Source: a virus
DNA length: 64,000 nt
Direction: 5' to 3' (one strand)
IMG/VR virus record: IMGVR_UViG_3300029305_006221
Location: 1 to 64,000 of that record
The position numbers and the translations under genes were made by a program. The notes under the pieces were generated by a model. The model did no database searches, had not been told where the DNA came from, and saw nothing but the letters and a program-made list of their open reading frames with translations. Below are positions 39,941 through 49,827 of the stretch, piece by piece. Numbering within the stretch: the first letter of the stretch is position 1; the number at the start of each line of letters is the position of its first letter.

Positions 39941-40461
39941 ATATAAGTGGCAGTAAGTTGCCAGCCGCGTATTGCTTTTCCTTATGGTTCCATTTGCTCT
40001 ACCAAGAGTTGGATTACTCCAACGAAAATAGAAACTTTAAGTGGATCGGCGTTGCCTCTATTCCACTTTTCCGCGTTGTCGACTTACGCTTAACCGTTTT
40101 ACTTTTTATCTGCGTCCAGACCTGCTTATTGCTTACAGGTGTTTCTATATAGATGCACGCATCTTTGGGCAATCCAAATTATGGCGGCGTGCCAGCCTCT
40201 GGCGGAGAGCTGAGGTGTCGATCCCCATACGGGTACTAGCCGTACCAACCGTTTTCAAGACGGTGTTGCGAGCCGTCGCAATTAACCCTCCATATAAAGC
40301 AGAGGTTATCGTACTCTGCGCAGTCCCATATGGCGCCTTGTAAAGACTGCAACGATTCGACTATTCGCTATCGACAAACGCTACTTCTGATTGTGGATGG
40401 TCCACCAATACGCTTCCAACTTAGGGAGTTTCACCTTTTATGTCGCCGCATTAACGACAGC

Positions 40462-40553
40462 TGGCAGCGAGGGTGAGACTTGAACTCACACACCGATTAC
40501 TCGATTACTGGTAGGTTAGCAACCTACTGCCTTACCAATTAGGCTTACCCCAC
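40462..40553 (-). tRNA. class-II tRNA-like gene (Ser GCU-like anticodon arm), atypical. The acceptor pairing is unresolved and may indicate a pseudogene.
   Basis: Anticodon arm GUAGG-UUGCUAA-CCUAC. The variable arm contains a tandem AGUAAUCG repeat. T-arm GUGAG/UUCAAGU/CUCAC. 3' ..GCCA. Confidence 0.35.
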
Positions 40554-40873
40554 TATAAGTGATAAGCTGCGCCAACATACGCCCTTATCTTGTCACTGTG
40601 TTTTACAACCCGTCAGTGAGCCAGTTGTTGGGTTTTTCCCTCTGCGTAATGTTGGGCGCTTTTGGGGAGTTGTCCTTCTCCTGTTAAGGCATTCGCTCTA
40701 AGCTGCTCTTACTTAGTGGGGCCGCTTTATTCCCATACCTTATGTATTGTGTGTTCCACTTGCGTTTTCTCTTCTTAATCGGTTTACACACAACCTTCCA
40801 CTTGAAGCGCCACTAATTTATATACCGAATCTGGCTTTCATCGGTGAGTATGATATCGATCCCTTTAAGGGAC

Positions 40874-40961
40874 TGGTGGGGGAGATGAGATTCGAACTCA
40901 CAGCGTTTCTAATGTACGCGATTTTAAGTCGCGGGCGTCTCGCCAATTCCGCCACTCCCCC
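40874..40961 (-). tRNA. tRNA-Leu (UAA), class II
   Basis: Acceptor GGGGGAG/CUCCCCC-A-CCA. Anticodon arm CGCGA-CUUAAAA-UCGCG. Long variable arm. Confidence 0.7.
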
Positions 40962-40990
40962 GTGTCGCCTCATAGTGAGGCTTTTGCGCC

Positions 40991-41335
40991 TTAACAGACG
41001 CGAACAAAATGATACATCATTGGATGATGAGTATCTGCAAAAGACATATCTCCAAAAGCATTTTCAAATTCTTTATCAATAGCATCTGTTTCATATTCAA
41101 ACCAACAGATAGCGTCTATTGAGTCAAGATCAATTTCTCGACCAAGAGTGACTCCAAAATAGTAATCACCATAGTTGCCATAGGCATTATCTGTGATAAA
41201 TGAGTACTTGTCAGTTCCATCGTACTTATCGCAGAACTCTTCTATGAACTTACCTGTTTCTTCCTCAAGGCGCTTAATTTCACTTTTAGATATTTTATAT
41301 CCATAAATTAAAACTGACTCATAATCAACACTCAT
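40991..41335 (-). CDS. hypothetical acidic protein inside the tRNA island
   Basis: Start MSVDYESV. Promoter at about 41365-41400. Confidence 0.4.
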   Translation of the reverse strand: MSVDYESVLIYGYKISKSEIKRLEEETGKFIEEFCDKYDGTDKYSFITDNAYGNYGDYYFGVTLGREIDLDSIDAICWFEYETDAIDKEFENAFGDMSFADTHHPMMYHFVRVC

Positions 41336-41431
41336 TTTTTCTTTTTTCCTCTCTTTCATCTTACATATATATTATATCATAAATTTTTGTAAAAATCAAA
41401 GAAGTTTCATAGTAATTGATTAAAATTTCAT

Positions 41432-41520
41432 TGGTGGGCGATGAGGGAATCAAACCCACTCGAGTCACAATGACGCTAGATTTACAGTCTAACCCGCCTA
41501 TCTTAACGGTTTAATCGCCC
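41432..41520 (-). tRNA. tRNA-Tyr (GUA), class II
   Basis: Acceptor GGGCGAU/AUCGCCC-A-CCA. Anticodon loop CU-GUA-AA. Variable arm stem GUCA/UGAC. Confidence 0.65.
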
Positions 41521-41587
41521 ATATAAAATAACTTTAGGTCAGTCAACCACACATCTATTTTAACCTCGACATTTGTTCTCTGAGGAC

Positions 41588-41677
41588 TGGAGCAAGATGC
41601 TGGAATCGAACCAGCATTAATGGAGTATATAACCCGTCCCTATAACAGGCGCGTATAACCTATTCCGCCAATCTTGC
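41588..41677 (-). tRNA. tRNA-Leu (UAG)-like, class II, A33 in anticodon loop
   Basis: Acceptor GCAAGAU/AUCUUGC-U-CCA. T-arm GCUGG/UUCGAUU/CCAGC. Anticodon arm CCUGU-UAUAGGG-ACGGG (one G-U pair). 17-nt variable region. Confidence 0.45.
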
Positions 41678-42001
41678 ATATAAAATGAGGCGCCAGTGCA
41701 TGCTACAGCCAAGCCGGCAGTTACCCATCGCCGCCTCTCTTGGATTTATGGGTGCGGATATCGGTACTGCCCCGATCACCCTGAGCTTATGAGGCTCTGG
41801 TGAGCACTATGCCCATCCGCGATATAAAGTGAGAGTTTACAGTACCCTCGGAACCTTATCCCAACTTCCCATTAAGTACAGCCAAGTTGGCACTGTACGC
41901 CTGATTTTTATTTATACTCCCACTCGGACAGGAGTGGCGCGACCTTAAGAGATTAACTCTTCCCCATCGGCGCTCTTATTAGTTGATGGGCGGCATTAAT
42001 A

Positions 42002-42076
42002 TGGTGAAGCTTGAAGGAATTGAACCTTCGCCTAAGCGCTGAGAACGCCTCGTTGTAACCACTTAACTAAAGCTCC
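42002..42076 (-). tRNA. tRNA-Glu (CUC)
   Basis: Anticodon loop UU-CUC-AG. Acceptor GGAGCUU/AAGCUUC-A-CCA. Confidence 0.6.
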
Positions 42077-42126
42077 ATATGAGGGACAGTAATTTCGATT
42101 ACGCGCTGTACCTCTGACCGCGTTTC

Positions 42127-42203
42127 TGGTGATGCCGACAGGATTCGAACCTGCGAATATAGGGATGAAAACCCTAGGAGTTAAACCACTTCTCAACGGC
42201 ACC
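42127..42203 (-). tRNA. tRNA-Glu (UUC)
   Basis: Anticodon arm UAGGG-UUUUCAU-CCCUA. Acceptor GGUGCCG/CGGCAUC-A-CCA. Confidence 0.65.
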
Positions 42204-42416
42204 GCATGCCTTGATGCATTTAACGCTCATCAAGTAGCGTGGTGTTTTCTCTCGGATTACTCCCTAACCGCCCTTTGATTATGCCACCTCGCAACTCACA
42301 AACGGGTAATTTGTTGCGCCATATCTTCATTAAATACCCTACACCGTCACTCCATCAACGGCGGGTTTATCTAAACGATTTTACTAATATAGGATTATCG
42401 TGAACCTATACATAAG

Positions 42417-42490
42417 AGGGACTTAACGGACTCGAACCGTTGCCACATAGCTTATCCATTCTACTGCTCTACCATCTGAGCTAAGGTCCC
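42417..42490 (-). tRNA. tRNA-like gene, atypical: the anticodon stem cannot be paired and there is no CCA. May be a pseudogene.
   Basis: Good acceptor, D-arm (GCUC/GAGC) and T-arm (AACGG/UUCGAGU/CCGUU), but the central UGGAUAA loop region lacks a stem. Confidence 0.3.
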
Positions 42491-42905
42491 ATATTCCAAG
42501 GGGTTCGTATCGCGGTTATCCCCACCGCGTGTGTACACAAGCATTTTCAGACTCCTAACGGTTGTCTACTGATGCTTACAGGTATTTCCCGCCTTTATTC
42601 ACCCACTTTTGCAATTCGCTTGCAGGTTGGAGAACAAAAGTAAATGCAGCTCCTATGCGGAGGGTTCTCTCTCTTTCACACCCACAACGTCAGCTCCGTC
42701 ACGAGGAAGCCACGCTCATTTTTTCATAGGAGTTGAGTATTCTCCCAATGTCACGCAGACCTCATGCAGTCCTTGCGACTATACCAAGCGTAGTTGTCTT
42801 TCAGACTTTCACGGGACTACGCAACTCCGTTCACTTTTTGCTTCTTTGCTTTTCTATTGTATATATATTATATCATATTTTTTTAATAAAATCAATAGAG
42901 AATGA

Positions 42906-43124
42906 TTAAACGATAATAAAATCGCTTATATTTCGATAAATATCATTCTCTGCTTCGCACCAGAGTTCATCAAACTCCATTGCATAAAGTGCGCCAAGCA
43001 ATGATTTTGCATTAACCTTAAGCCCCGCTCCATCGGTGATATGAACTGCGCCTTCCATCTTAGTTGTGATGTTAACAAACTCTTGAACATCACGCATTGT
43101 ATCAAGTCTTATTTTTGCTTTCAT
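42906..43124 (-). CDS. small HPr-like (phosphocarrier-fold) protein (tentative)
   Basis: VNAKSLLGALYAMEF resembles the HPr VNLKSIMGVMSLG segment. 72 aa from MKAKIRLD. Confidence 0.3.
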   Translation of the reverse strand: MKAKIRLDTMRDVQEFVNITTKMEGAVHITDGAGLKVNAKSLLGALYAMEFDELWCEAENDIYRNISDFIIV

Positions 43125-43247
43125 TTTTTTTTCTTTTCTTCCTCTCTCATTATTACATATATATATTATATCATATTTTTTTATAAAAATCAATAATTGC
43201 GCAAGAAATTACTTTTAAATGCCTTAAGATATGGATTAAAATGTTTT

Positions 43248-43322
43248 TGGCAGGGGACCTAGGATTCGAACCCAGACCAAGCGGGTTGGAGCCGCGTATG
43301 CTAGCCGTTACACCAATCCCCT
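43248..43322 (-). tRNA. tRNA-Trp (CCA)
   Basis: Anticodon loop CU-CCA-AC. Acceptor AGGGGAU/GUCCCCU-G-CCA. Confidence 0.65.
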
Positions 43323-43329
43323 ATATCTC

Positions 43330-43575
43330 TCATAAAACCTCCCACCAAAACTCAGAAATTTTACGATATCTTCCTTTGCTGCCTAAATCGCCTTTATAGC
43401 GACGGACAGCGCGATTACATTTTCGCTTAACAAAGCGAACTCGCTCTGGCATTTGATATCTGCGATAAATACCTTTTTCTTCATCATAGTAAACACCTTT
43501 ACCATACCAAGTTTTGGTTTGGGAATAACAGTGTTTATCTCGTCTTCTTTGGTCTCTACTTCTTTTCCAACCCAT
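43330..43575 (-). CDS. small highly basic protein
   Basis: 81 aa, Arg/Lys-rich, between tRNA genes. Confidence 0.3.
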   Translation of the reverse strand: MGWKRSRDQRRRDKHCYSQTKTWYGKGVYYDEEKGIYRRYQMPERVRFVKRKCNRAVRRYKGDLGSKGRYRKISEFWWEVL

Positions 43576-43654
43576 AAGCCTCTCCTTTCTGAGTGGGTAT
43601 TATTATATTAAAATTTCTTTTAATACTTTAATTACTTTTGAAAAAATTTTTACC

Positions 43655-43807
43655 CTAATCTTCCATAGAGCGACAGTCGTGCGCCTTTTCACGCTTGCGA
43701 TTATGTTTCTTCTTACTTTCAATTACTCTTGTATGCAGAGAGGGCGAGTTGCGCATTCTTTCTTTACGCATAGCTTGAGTCTCTTTTGCTTCAAGCGGCT
43801 TTTTATT
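43655..43807 (-). CDS. small highly basic protein
   Basis: Start MSNKKPLEAK. Arg/Lys-rich. Confidence 0.3.
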   Translation of the reverse strand, partial: NKKPLEAKETQAMRKERMRNSPSLHTRVIESKKKHNRKREKAHDCRSMED

Positions 43808-43906
43808 ACTCATTTCCTCTCTCCTTTTGTTTATTAACACAAACTCGACCACACGCGTCCCACCGTCCTGTTTCATACGCCTAAGCCTTGTCCGTCGGTT
43901 GTGTAT

Positions 43907-43981
43907 TGGCACGGGATAAAGGAATCGAACCCTTGTCTTGGCGTCCGTAGCGCCACGTTCTGTCCATTAAACTAATCCCGC
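43907..43981 (-). tRNA. tRNA-Arg (ACG)
   Basis: Anticodon arm UGGCG-CUACGGA-CGCCA. CCA encoded. Confidence 0.7.
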
Positions 43982-44108
43982 ATAAAAATGCAAAGGTATC
44001 TAAGGCGATTCTGATAGAGTTGTCCTTTGCTAGTGTTTTTATCTCTATGTTTAAACACTTCTTTCAGTCTTTATATAAACCCGAATAGAGATGAGGTTTA
44101 TATCGCAT

Positions 44109-44185
44109 TTGGTGCGCCACCAAGGGCTCGAACCTTGGGTCTGCTGATTAAGAATCAGCTGCTTTACCACCTAAGCTAGTGGCGC
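44109..44185 (-). tRNA. tRNA-Lys (CUU)
   Basis: Anticodon arm GCUGA-UUCUUAA-UCAGC. Acceptor GCGCCAC/GUGGCGC-A-CCA. Confidence 0.7.
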
Positions 44186-44274
44186 ATATTTACTTCCAAC
44201 CGCCGAACGGGTAGCACGGTCATCTGGTCTCCTTTTGCGGCGAGACGCTTACTACATTCCCCATGTTGTCCTTG

Positions 44275-44349
44275 TGGCACGGGATAAAGGATTCGAACCT
44301 TTGGCTTATCGCTTAGAAGGCGATTACTCTTCCGCTGAGTTAATCCCGT
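44275..44349 (-). tRNA. tRNA-Arg (UCU)
   Basis: Anticodon arm AUCGC-CUUCUAA-GCGAU. CCA encoded. Confidence 0.7.
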
Positions 44350-44363
44350 ATATGTAGCAGTCA

Positions 44364-45107
44364 TCATTGAAGTGACTGCATTCTGTATTTAATCATATCT
44401 AAAATGAAACTTTCAAGAAACTCGTCAAGCGCCTGCTTTTCCCACGGAGTGGTTCCCCAACTATCGGCGTGCTCAATCATCGACTCAAAGTAGATTTCCA
44501 TATCTTTTATAAAGTTAGGAGGAATAGGCGTCTCAAGAGTGCGAATACCACGAATATTTTCGTTCTGCCAGATAATATCCTTATAGGACCTATCTCTATT
44601 GGTTACAAGATTTGCAAGAGTATTAGCAATTCTTGCAGTATTCATAAGTTTCTTAAGATCAGTTGGGTCTTGATGCATTGTATGAAGCGCCTGATGTGAC
44701 ATCGACTTAACTGCTGCCGCAATATCATAGCGCGCAATCCTTTCACGCATCTCTTTAGAAAAATAACCATACCAAACCTCTTGATAGAAAGGGTTGATAA
44801 TGCAATAGTCGGTAAACAGAATTTCAACAAAGTTGATATTCTGCTTCTTCCAATTTGCAACCATATGCATTATCGACATACACTCGCAAACCTCATCGTC
44901 AATATGAAGATGCTTTACCTCGTATGGCTTAATAGCAAGAGAATAGAGATTAGGGACAAGGATACACTTGGTATCGACATCCGAATTTTCAAGCGCTGTG
45001 TTATAATTCCAAGAGCCATAACAAAATACGCCAAGAACTGCGCCTGCACCATAATGCTCTACCGCGCGCTCATAATGCTTCTGCACTCTCTCCATTACAT
45101 TCGTCAT
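44364..45107 (-). CDS. nucleotidyltransferase-fold protein (minimal NTase, GS...SDVD)
   Basis: CYGSWNYNTALENSDVDTKCILVP matches the pol-beta-superfamily hG[GS]-x9-13-Dh[DE]h motif. Lies immediately upstream of the tRNA array in the same orientation. Confidence 0.5.
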   Translation of the reverse strand: MTNVMERVQKHYERAVEHYGAGAVLGVFCYGSWNYNTALENSDVDTKCILVPNLYSLAIKPYEVKHLHIDDEVCECMSIMHMVANWKKQNINFVEILFTDYCIINPFYQEVWYGYFSKEMRERIARYDIAAAVKSMSHQALHTMHQDPTDLKKLMNTARIANTLANLVTNRDRSYKDIIWQNENIRGIRTLETPIPPNFIKDMEIYFESMIEHADSWGTTPWEKQALDEFLESFILDMIKYRMQSLQ

Positions 45108-45111
45108 TTTC

Positions 45112-45423
45112 TTACTCCTCTATATCACTATTTTCCACGCTCAGTGCATCTTCAAGCGCCACTCGAAGCTGAGGTCCTACCGCGCTAGTAAATGCTTCCT
45201 CTTTCTCTTTGTAGTTAAGATATTCAAGCATTTCTTCAAAAAGAAGCATTCCACCGCATTCTCCAATAGGCTCAACCTGAATACTTTTAATATTATCAAA
45301 GTGGTACTCTACGAGTTGCTGGACTGCATCTGAAAAACTTTCTCCAGTAATAATTCCTTCAGAAATCTCAGGCTGACAATCTTCATTCTGCCATCTTACT
45401 GTAAACTTATAAAAATCTCTCAT
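45112..45423 (-). CDS. hypothetical protein
   Basis: 103-aa ORF. Promoter at about 45440-45480. Confidence 0.4.
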   Translation of the reverse strand: MRDFYKFTVRWQNEDCQPEISEGIITGESFSDAVQQLVEYHFDNIKSIQVEPIGECGGMLLFEEMLEYLNYKEKEEAFTSAVGPQLRVALEDALSVENSDIEE

Positions 45424-45516
45424 TTGTTTTTTTCCTCTCTTTCATTTTACAATTTATTATATCATAAAATTTTATAAAAATCAATGAAGAAATCATTGTT
45501 TAGTAATTTTTTATTA

Positions 45517-45819
45517 TTAAACTACAAAATTATGCTTCCTTGCCTGCGCATTGAGCCAATTCTTAAAGCGCCTCATATCATTTATATTGCGCCAAGAATA
45601 GACTAAGACATCTGCCTCTTTAAAATATTTGATGCGGTCTGGATGAAATTGCTCTACTAAAAGAGTAACATATTCTGCAGGAGAGATATTGAGCATATAT
45701 GCAGGAGTTGCCCATAAAGCTCTAACACTACACAAGTCTGATGTATCATTACAATGCCAGTTACCATTGCCATCATTCCATTCGGTATATCGTAATAGTT
45801 GCGGTGCCTTATTACTCAT
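45517..45819 (-). CDS. hypothetical protein
   Basis: 100-aa ORF. Confidence 0.4.
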   Translation of the reverse strand: MSNKAPQLLRYTEWNDGNGNWHCNDTSDLCSVRALWATPAYMLNISPAEYVTLLVEQFHPDRIKYFKEADVLVYSWRNINDMRRFKNWLNAQARKHNFVV

Positions 45820-45837
45820 AATATCTCTCCTTTCATG

Positions 45838-46149
45838 TTAAATCATTCCAAGTGCTCTTAATGCATCTTCAACTCTTTGTTTTTCATCTGCTGTTTTTTC
45901 AACAGGGACGGTGCGCTGAGGGGTTGGTGCTGTCATCTTAGGCGCTGGGAAATCGCCCGGTATAGCTGCATCGGCGCCCATTTCTACATTCTCTTTAGCG
46001 CAGGTTAAAGTTACTTTAATCTGGATTGGCTGCCCCTCTTCAATGCCACAAATTCTTATTTCCTTCGCATCATTATGCAAAAAGGAATTAGGAAATAACT
46101 GCAAAATTTTTTCTTGAACTTCCTTTTTAAATTGCTGTCCTTTAGCCAT
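45838..46149 (-). CDS. hypothetical protein
   Basis: 103-aa ORF. Promoter at about 46170-46205. Confidence 0.4.
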   Translation of the reverse strand: MAKGQQFKKEVQEKILQLFPNSFLHNDAKEIRICGIEEGQPIQIKVTLTCAKENVEMGADAAIPGDFPAPKMTAPTPQRTVPVEKTADEKQRVEDALRALGMI

Positions 46150-46204
46150 TTTTTATTCTCCTTTTTTATTTTATAATTTATTATATCATATTTTTTTTAG
46201 AAAA

Positions 46205-47032
46205 TCAATCATCTTTTATTGCTTTTGCATAAAGATGCTTTTCTTCAAGCTTTTGTCCGATTGAAGCAACAGTATAGCATACCCTACAACCATTGCCTTT
46301 TTCGCACTTTTTACCACAATTCTTTCGAGTCTCTGCAAATACTGAAAGAATGCGATGCGAATCTATATCTTCATCAAAATCAAGAATAATATCTTTTAAA
46401 GATGCCATCCAGTTGCGCTTTTCATAAATATGGCGCAATATTTTTTGTCTATCAAGAGGACCCCAGAACTCAAATACATCAATGTATTCTTCATAGACGC
46501 CTACATCTTGCGGTCTAATAAAGAATTTAGTAATTGTATCAGAGGTTCTTATTTCACTTTGCGCCACGTTTGGATAGGCGCGAACCTGGGCGCCGTATTT
46601 TGCACAAAGATTTTTAACCGCTTCTACTTCAAACCCAAGATTCTCTCCTATATAAACATCGCTTACGCCAAAATCTAAAAGATATGTTAGCTGTGAAAAG
46701 TTAGTAGCTAAATCTCCAGTGAAATAAGGGATTGTGTGTAGGTTGTTTATAATTTCATCTATTCTCAAATCTTCAATCATAGAGAAGCGCTTGGCGCCTC
46801 CAAAGCAAATATAAAGTTCTCTTTCTGGCATAGCTTCTTTTATTTTTTCAAGTTTAATCCACTCTTGATTATTATAGAATTTTTCAATATCTCGTACAAT
46901 AAGATTGATGCGCTGGTCTGGATATTCTTGTAAAAATCCTAAAAGTTCTTTTGATTGATCTTCATAGATAATTGATATTTCGTCAAAAATTTTCATATTT
47001 ATTTTATTAGAATAAAAACCGCAATATTTCAT
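46205..47032 (-). CDS. hypothetical protein with a C-terminal Cys cluster
   Basis: 275-aa ORF. A hairpin at 47042-47076 immediately precedes its RBS. Confidence 0.45.
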   Translation of the reverse strand: MKYCGFYSNKINMKIFDEISIIYEDQSKELLGFLQEYPDQRINLIVRDIEKFYNNQEWIKLEKIKEAMPERELYICFGGAKRFSMIEDLRIDEIINNLHTIPYFTGDLATNFSQLTYLLDFGVSDVYIGENLGFEVEAVKNLCAKYGAQVRAYPNVAQSEIRTSDTITKFFIRPQDVGVYEEYIDVFEFWGPLDRQKILRHIYEKRNWMASLKDIILDFDEDIDSHRILSVFAETRKNCGKKCEKGNGCRVCYTVASIGQKLEEKHLYAKAIKDD

Positions 47033-47114
47033 TTTATCCTCCTTTAATGAAAAACAAACGGCGGCAATTGGCGCCGCCGTTTGTTTTATTACTTAAATTT
47101 TTAATTATCTTAAA

Positions 47115-47507
47115 TTACTCTGCGTCGCCAGTAAAAACGGTATAAGCAGTCTTCTTCTTGCCGTCCTCAGTCTTAACTTCACACTTAGAAGCCTGACCGA
47201 ACTTAACAAGGTTATTAAGTTTAGCCTGAACTTTGCCCACAGTCAAAGTCTCATCTCCTGTAGCCTCGATTGTTGCTGCAAGGATGTCATCTCTTGTCTG
47301 AGGATCCTCGGTAAGAGTAGCCGCTACATTAGCCTGAAGCTCATCGCCCTCAGCTCTCTTCTTATCCTGACGCTCTCTTGCCTTAACCTTCTTACTCTCA
47401 AGAAGAGCGAGTTCGTTTTCGCAGTATGCTACTACATCTGCGTTGTCTGCCATTGCCTCAAGAATTACTCCGAGTACTTCTGCTTTAGTGATTTTCTTGT
47501 CTGCCAT
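47115..47507 (-). CDS. small conserved protein, member of a 3-gene paralog family (with 56122..56556 and 57124..57519)
   Basis: MADKKITK.. N-terminus and a conserved C-terminal block shared with the two paralogs. Confidence 0.45.
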   Translation of the reverse strand: MADKKITKAEVLGVILEAMADNADVVAYCENELALLESKKVKARERQDKKRAEGDELQANVAATLTEDPQTRDDILAATIEATGDETLTVGKVQAKLNNLVKFGQASKCEVKTEDGKKKTAYTVFTGDAE

Positions 47508-47709
47508 AATTTGTTTCTCCTTTAAAATTATTATATTATTTTTATTTGGTGTTATTATTATACCAAAAATTTTTTATTTTTTCAACCAAAGTAGCATTGA
47601 CTTAAAGATTTTTTTATTAACTCTTTTATTCGCCACTTTCTTTATCTTACATATTTATTATATCAAAAAATTTTAAGTTTTTCAAGGTGCAGTCACTATT
47701 CTATTCTTA

Positions 47710-48564
47710 TTAATCCCAATACCTAAAGCCTGAATAATCAAACAAGATTGGCGCGCCATCAAGATAGCCAATATTACTACCACGCAAATCGCCAATATTC
47801 ATTTCATTAAGGAAAGTATTAAGACGCTTTAACTCGTCTTCTCCATAGTATTCTATAAAGTCTGCAATCCATAGAGGATTAAAGCAATAGATATCAAGCT
47901 CTTTACAGCGGGCGCGCGTTTTTGCGCTTTTCTTACTATATTCAACAGATGAATAATCATAATTTAATTCTTCAATAGGAGTGCATCTTGTTTGAATATA
48001 AACAGGATGATTACAATCAAGTGTTCCTAGAAAATGCTCTTCTGCAAAATAGGCGCCTAATCCTCTTTCAACTGCTTTGTTATAAATTACACATTCAAGA
48101 TTGCAATAATCCCAGTCCGGTTCTTTTTGCATTTCTTCAATATCGATATAAGTTGCTCCTTCAAGCTTATAATAAAATCTATCATCATCGCACATAGGCT
48201 CTGCCGCCTTATAATTTTCACAGATGATATCTATCTCTGCCTGGCTAGCATTGCGCGCTTCAGCTTCTTTTATTGCGTCATCACATTCTTCTCTCCATTC
48301 ATAATGAGCATTAGAGTAGTCATCTTCGTTAAACATATGAGAAAAAGGAAGTTTAATAACAAAAGACGCGTTTTTAATTAAAATTACTGCTTTGCTTATA
48401 CCGCTCGTCACTGACCAGTCAAGCCATTTTTCATTTGCTAGTTGATCTGTCAATTGCCAATCACAATCTTCGCTACAAAAGCGCTCTGGAATACTTGTAA
48501 TTGTTTTATTAAGTAATTCAAATAATACCTTTTCTTCTTTCGTCATATTTATTTCCTCTTTCAT
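47710..48564 (-). CDS. hypothetical protein
   Basis: 284-aa ORF. Promoter at about 48565-48605. Confidence 0.45.
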   Translation of the reverse strand: MKEEINMTKEEKVLFELLNKTITSIPERFCSEDCDWQLTDQLANEKWLDWSVTSGISKAVILIKNASFVIKLPFSHMFNEDDYSNAHYEWREECDDAIKEAEARNASQAEIDIICENYKAAEPMCDDDRFYYKLEGATYIDIEEMQKEPDWDYCNLECVIYNKAVERGLGAYFAEEHFLGTLDCNHPVYIQTRCTPIEELNYDYSSVEYSKKSAKTRARCKELDIYCFNPLWIADFIEYYGEDELKRLNTFLNEMNIGDLRGSNIGYLDGAPILFDYSGFRYWD

Positions 48565-48647
48565 TATTTCTATATATATTATAACATATAAAATTTAAAA
48601 AATCAATAAAAAAGAAGCGGCGCAGATGCGTCGCTTCTAAATGCTTA

Positions 48648-48896
48648 TTATTCTTCGTAAAATACCTTTATTACTCTTTTGCATTGAGGGCAAGAGACAA
48701 GAAAACCATTACTGTGTTTAACCGATGCGTTTTCTTCACTCCAAGAAATTAGATGATTACATTCTTTGCAATTGGTAAATCTGCGTCCTTTGGGGACGAT
48801 TATATCCTCTTCATAGTCGGAATGACGCGCACTTATAACCAACGCCGTAACAGTAGTAATAATTACTCCTGCAATAAGAATTATGATTGTCCACAT
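48648..48896 (-). CDS. small membrane-anchored zinc-ribbon protein
   Basis: N-terminal TM helix plus CKECNH...CPQC. Confidence 0.35.
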   Translation of the reverse strand: MWTIIILIAGVIITTVTALVISARHSDYEEDIIVPKGRRFTNCKECNHLISWSEENASVKHSNGFLVSCPQCKRVIKVFYEE

Positions 48897-49144
48897 ATTC
48901 TTTTTCTAACCTCCTGCTTTATATATTCAGCTTCAGAACAAAATCCATCATCAAGGAGACTATAGCGCTCAAGAGTATCGTTAAAGATTTTTGGATCTTC
49001 AATATCATAATCATCGTTATGAAGATCAACAAGCTTCCTAATAGCAAGGTCTATTGATTCATAATGATGTGCAATAGCAAAAGATGATGGATTGTTATTT
49101 CCTGCGGTAAAAGCGGAAAAAGGGGTTTTAAAATTAGGTGTCAT
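48881..49144 (-). CDS. hypothetical protein
   Basis: 87-aa ORF. Confidence 0.3.
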   Translation of the reverse strand: MTPNFKTPFSAFTAGNNNPSSFAIAHHYESIDLAIRKLVDLHNDDYDIEDPKIFNDTLERYSLLDDGFCSEAEYIKQEVRKRICGQS

Positions 49145-49371
49145 TATTTAACCTCCTCAATAATATATTCGCAAGCCTCTGCGATAGTTTCAAAAGGTGT
49201 TGAAAGAGTGTTCCAGATATCGCTGTGCATATCAAGATAAGTGCCACAAGCTTCATTTATGCAGTAATCCATCTCTTCTTTATCAAAGATGTCTACTGAT
49301 GGATAGTAGAAGTTTTCAGAAACTCCTATTGCGTAAGGATTTGTAATTGAAATACAGATGTTTGTAATCAT
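49144..49371 (-). CDS. hypothetical protein
   Basis: 75-aa ORF. Confidence 0.3.
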   Translation of the reverse strand: MITNICISITNPYAIGVSENFYYPSVDIFDKEEMDYCINEACGTYLDMHSDIWNTLSTPFETIAEACEYIIEEVK

Positions 49372-49413
49372 TTTCTTTTTACCTCGCGTTTTTCCAAATT
49401 TTTCCAGCGGCGC

Positions 49414-49737
49414 TCAACACCAAATATAGATAATGACGCCATCAGTGTAACCTGCTTCGCGCAGAGCCTTGATAAGGTCAAGATCGTTCTGGAGATGTCT
49501 GATAGCATCAGAATAATCCCACTCAGGATGCTGCTTCATAATCTCAAGAAATCCCTCAATTTCCTGCTCGCAATAGACAACATCATCCTCGTCAGTACCG
49601 AACCAAAAGTATCCCTCATACTGGTCGGCGCGATTATAGAATGAGTATTCCTCTTTCTTGATTTCAAACTCGCACTCGAGCTCATCAAAGTCTATCACGG
49701 GAGCATTGGTTACTCTTACATTCTTAATATCTTTCAT
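49414..49737 (-). CDS. hypothetical acidic protein
   Basis: 107-aa ORF. Promoter at about 49755-49795. Confidence 0.4.
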   Translation of the reverse strand: MKDIKNVRVTNAPVIDFDELECEFEIKKEEYSFYNRADQYEGYFWFGTDEDDVVYCEQEIEGFLEIMKQHPEWDYSDAIRHLQNDLDLIKALREAGYTDGVIIYIWC

Positions 49738-49827
49738 ATTTTTATTTCCTCTCTTTCTTTATTACATATATATTATATCATAAAATTTTCAAAAAATCAA
49801 TAATGAAAAATGCGGATGAAACTATAC

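Noticed and set aside
37015-42905. Multiple 60-120-aa ORFs called inside the tRNA island (for example 37015..37317, 38315..38985, 39156..39481, 39928..40343, 40747..41082, 42609..42905)
   Set aside because: They overlap tRNA genes or GC-rich structured spacers, lack promoters and RBS, and have random composition.
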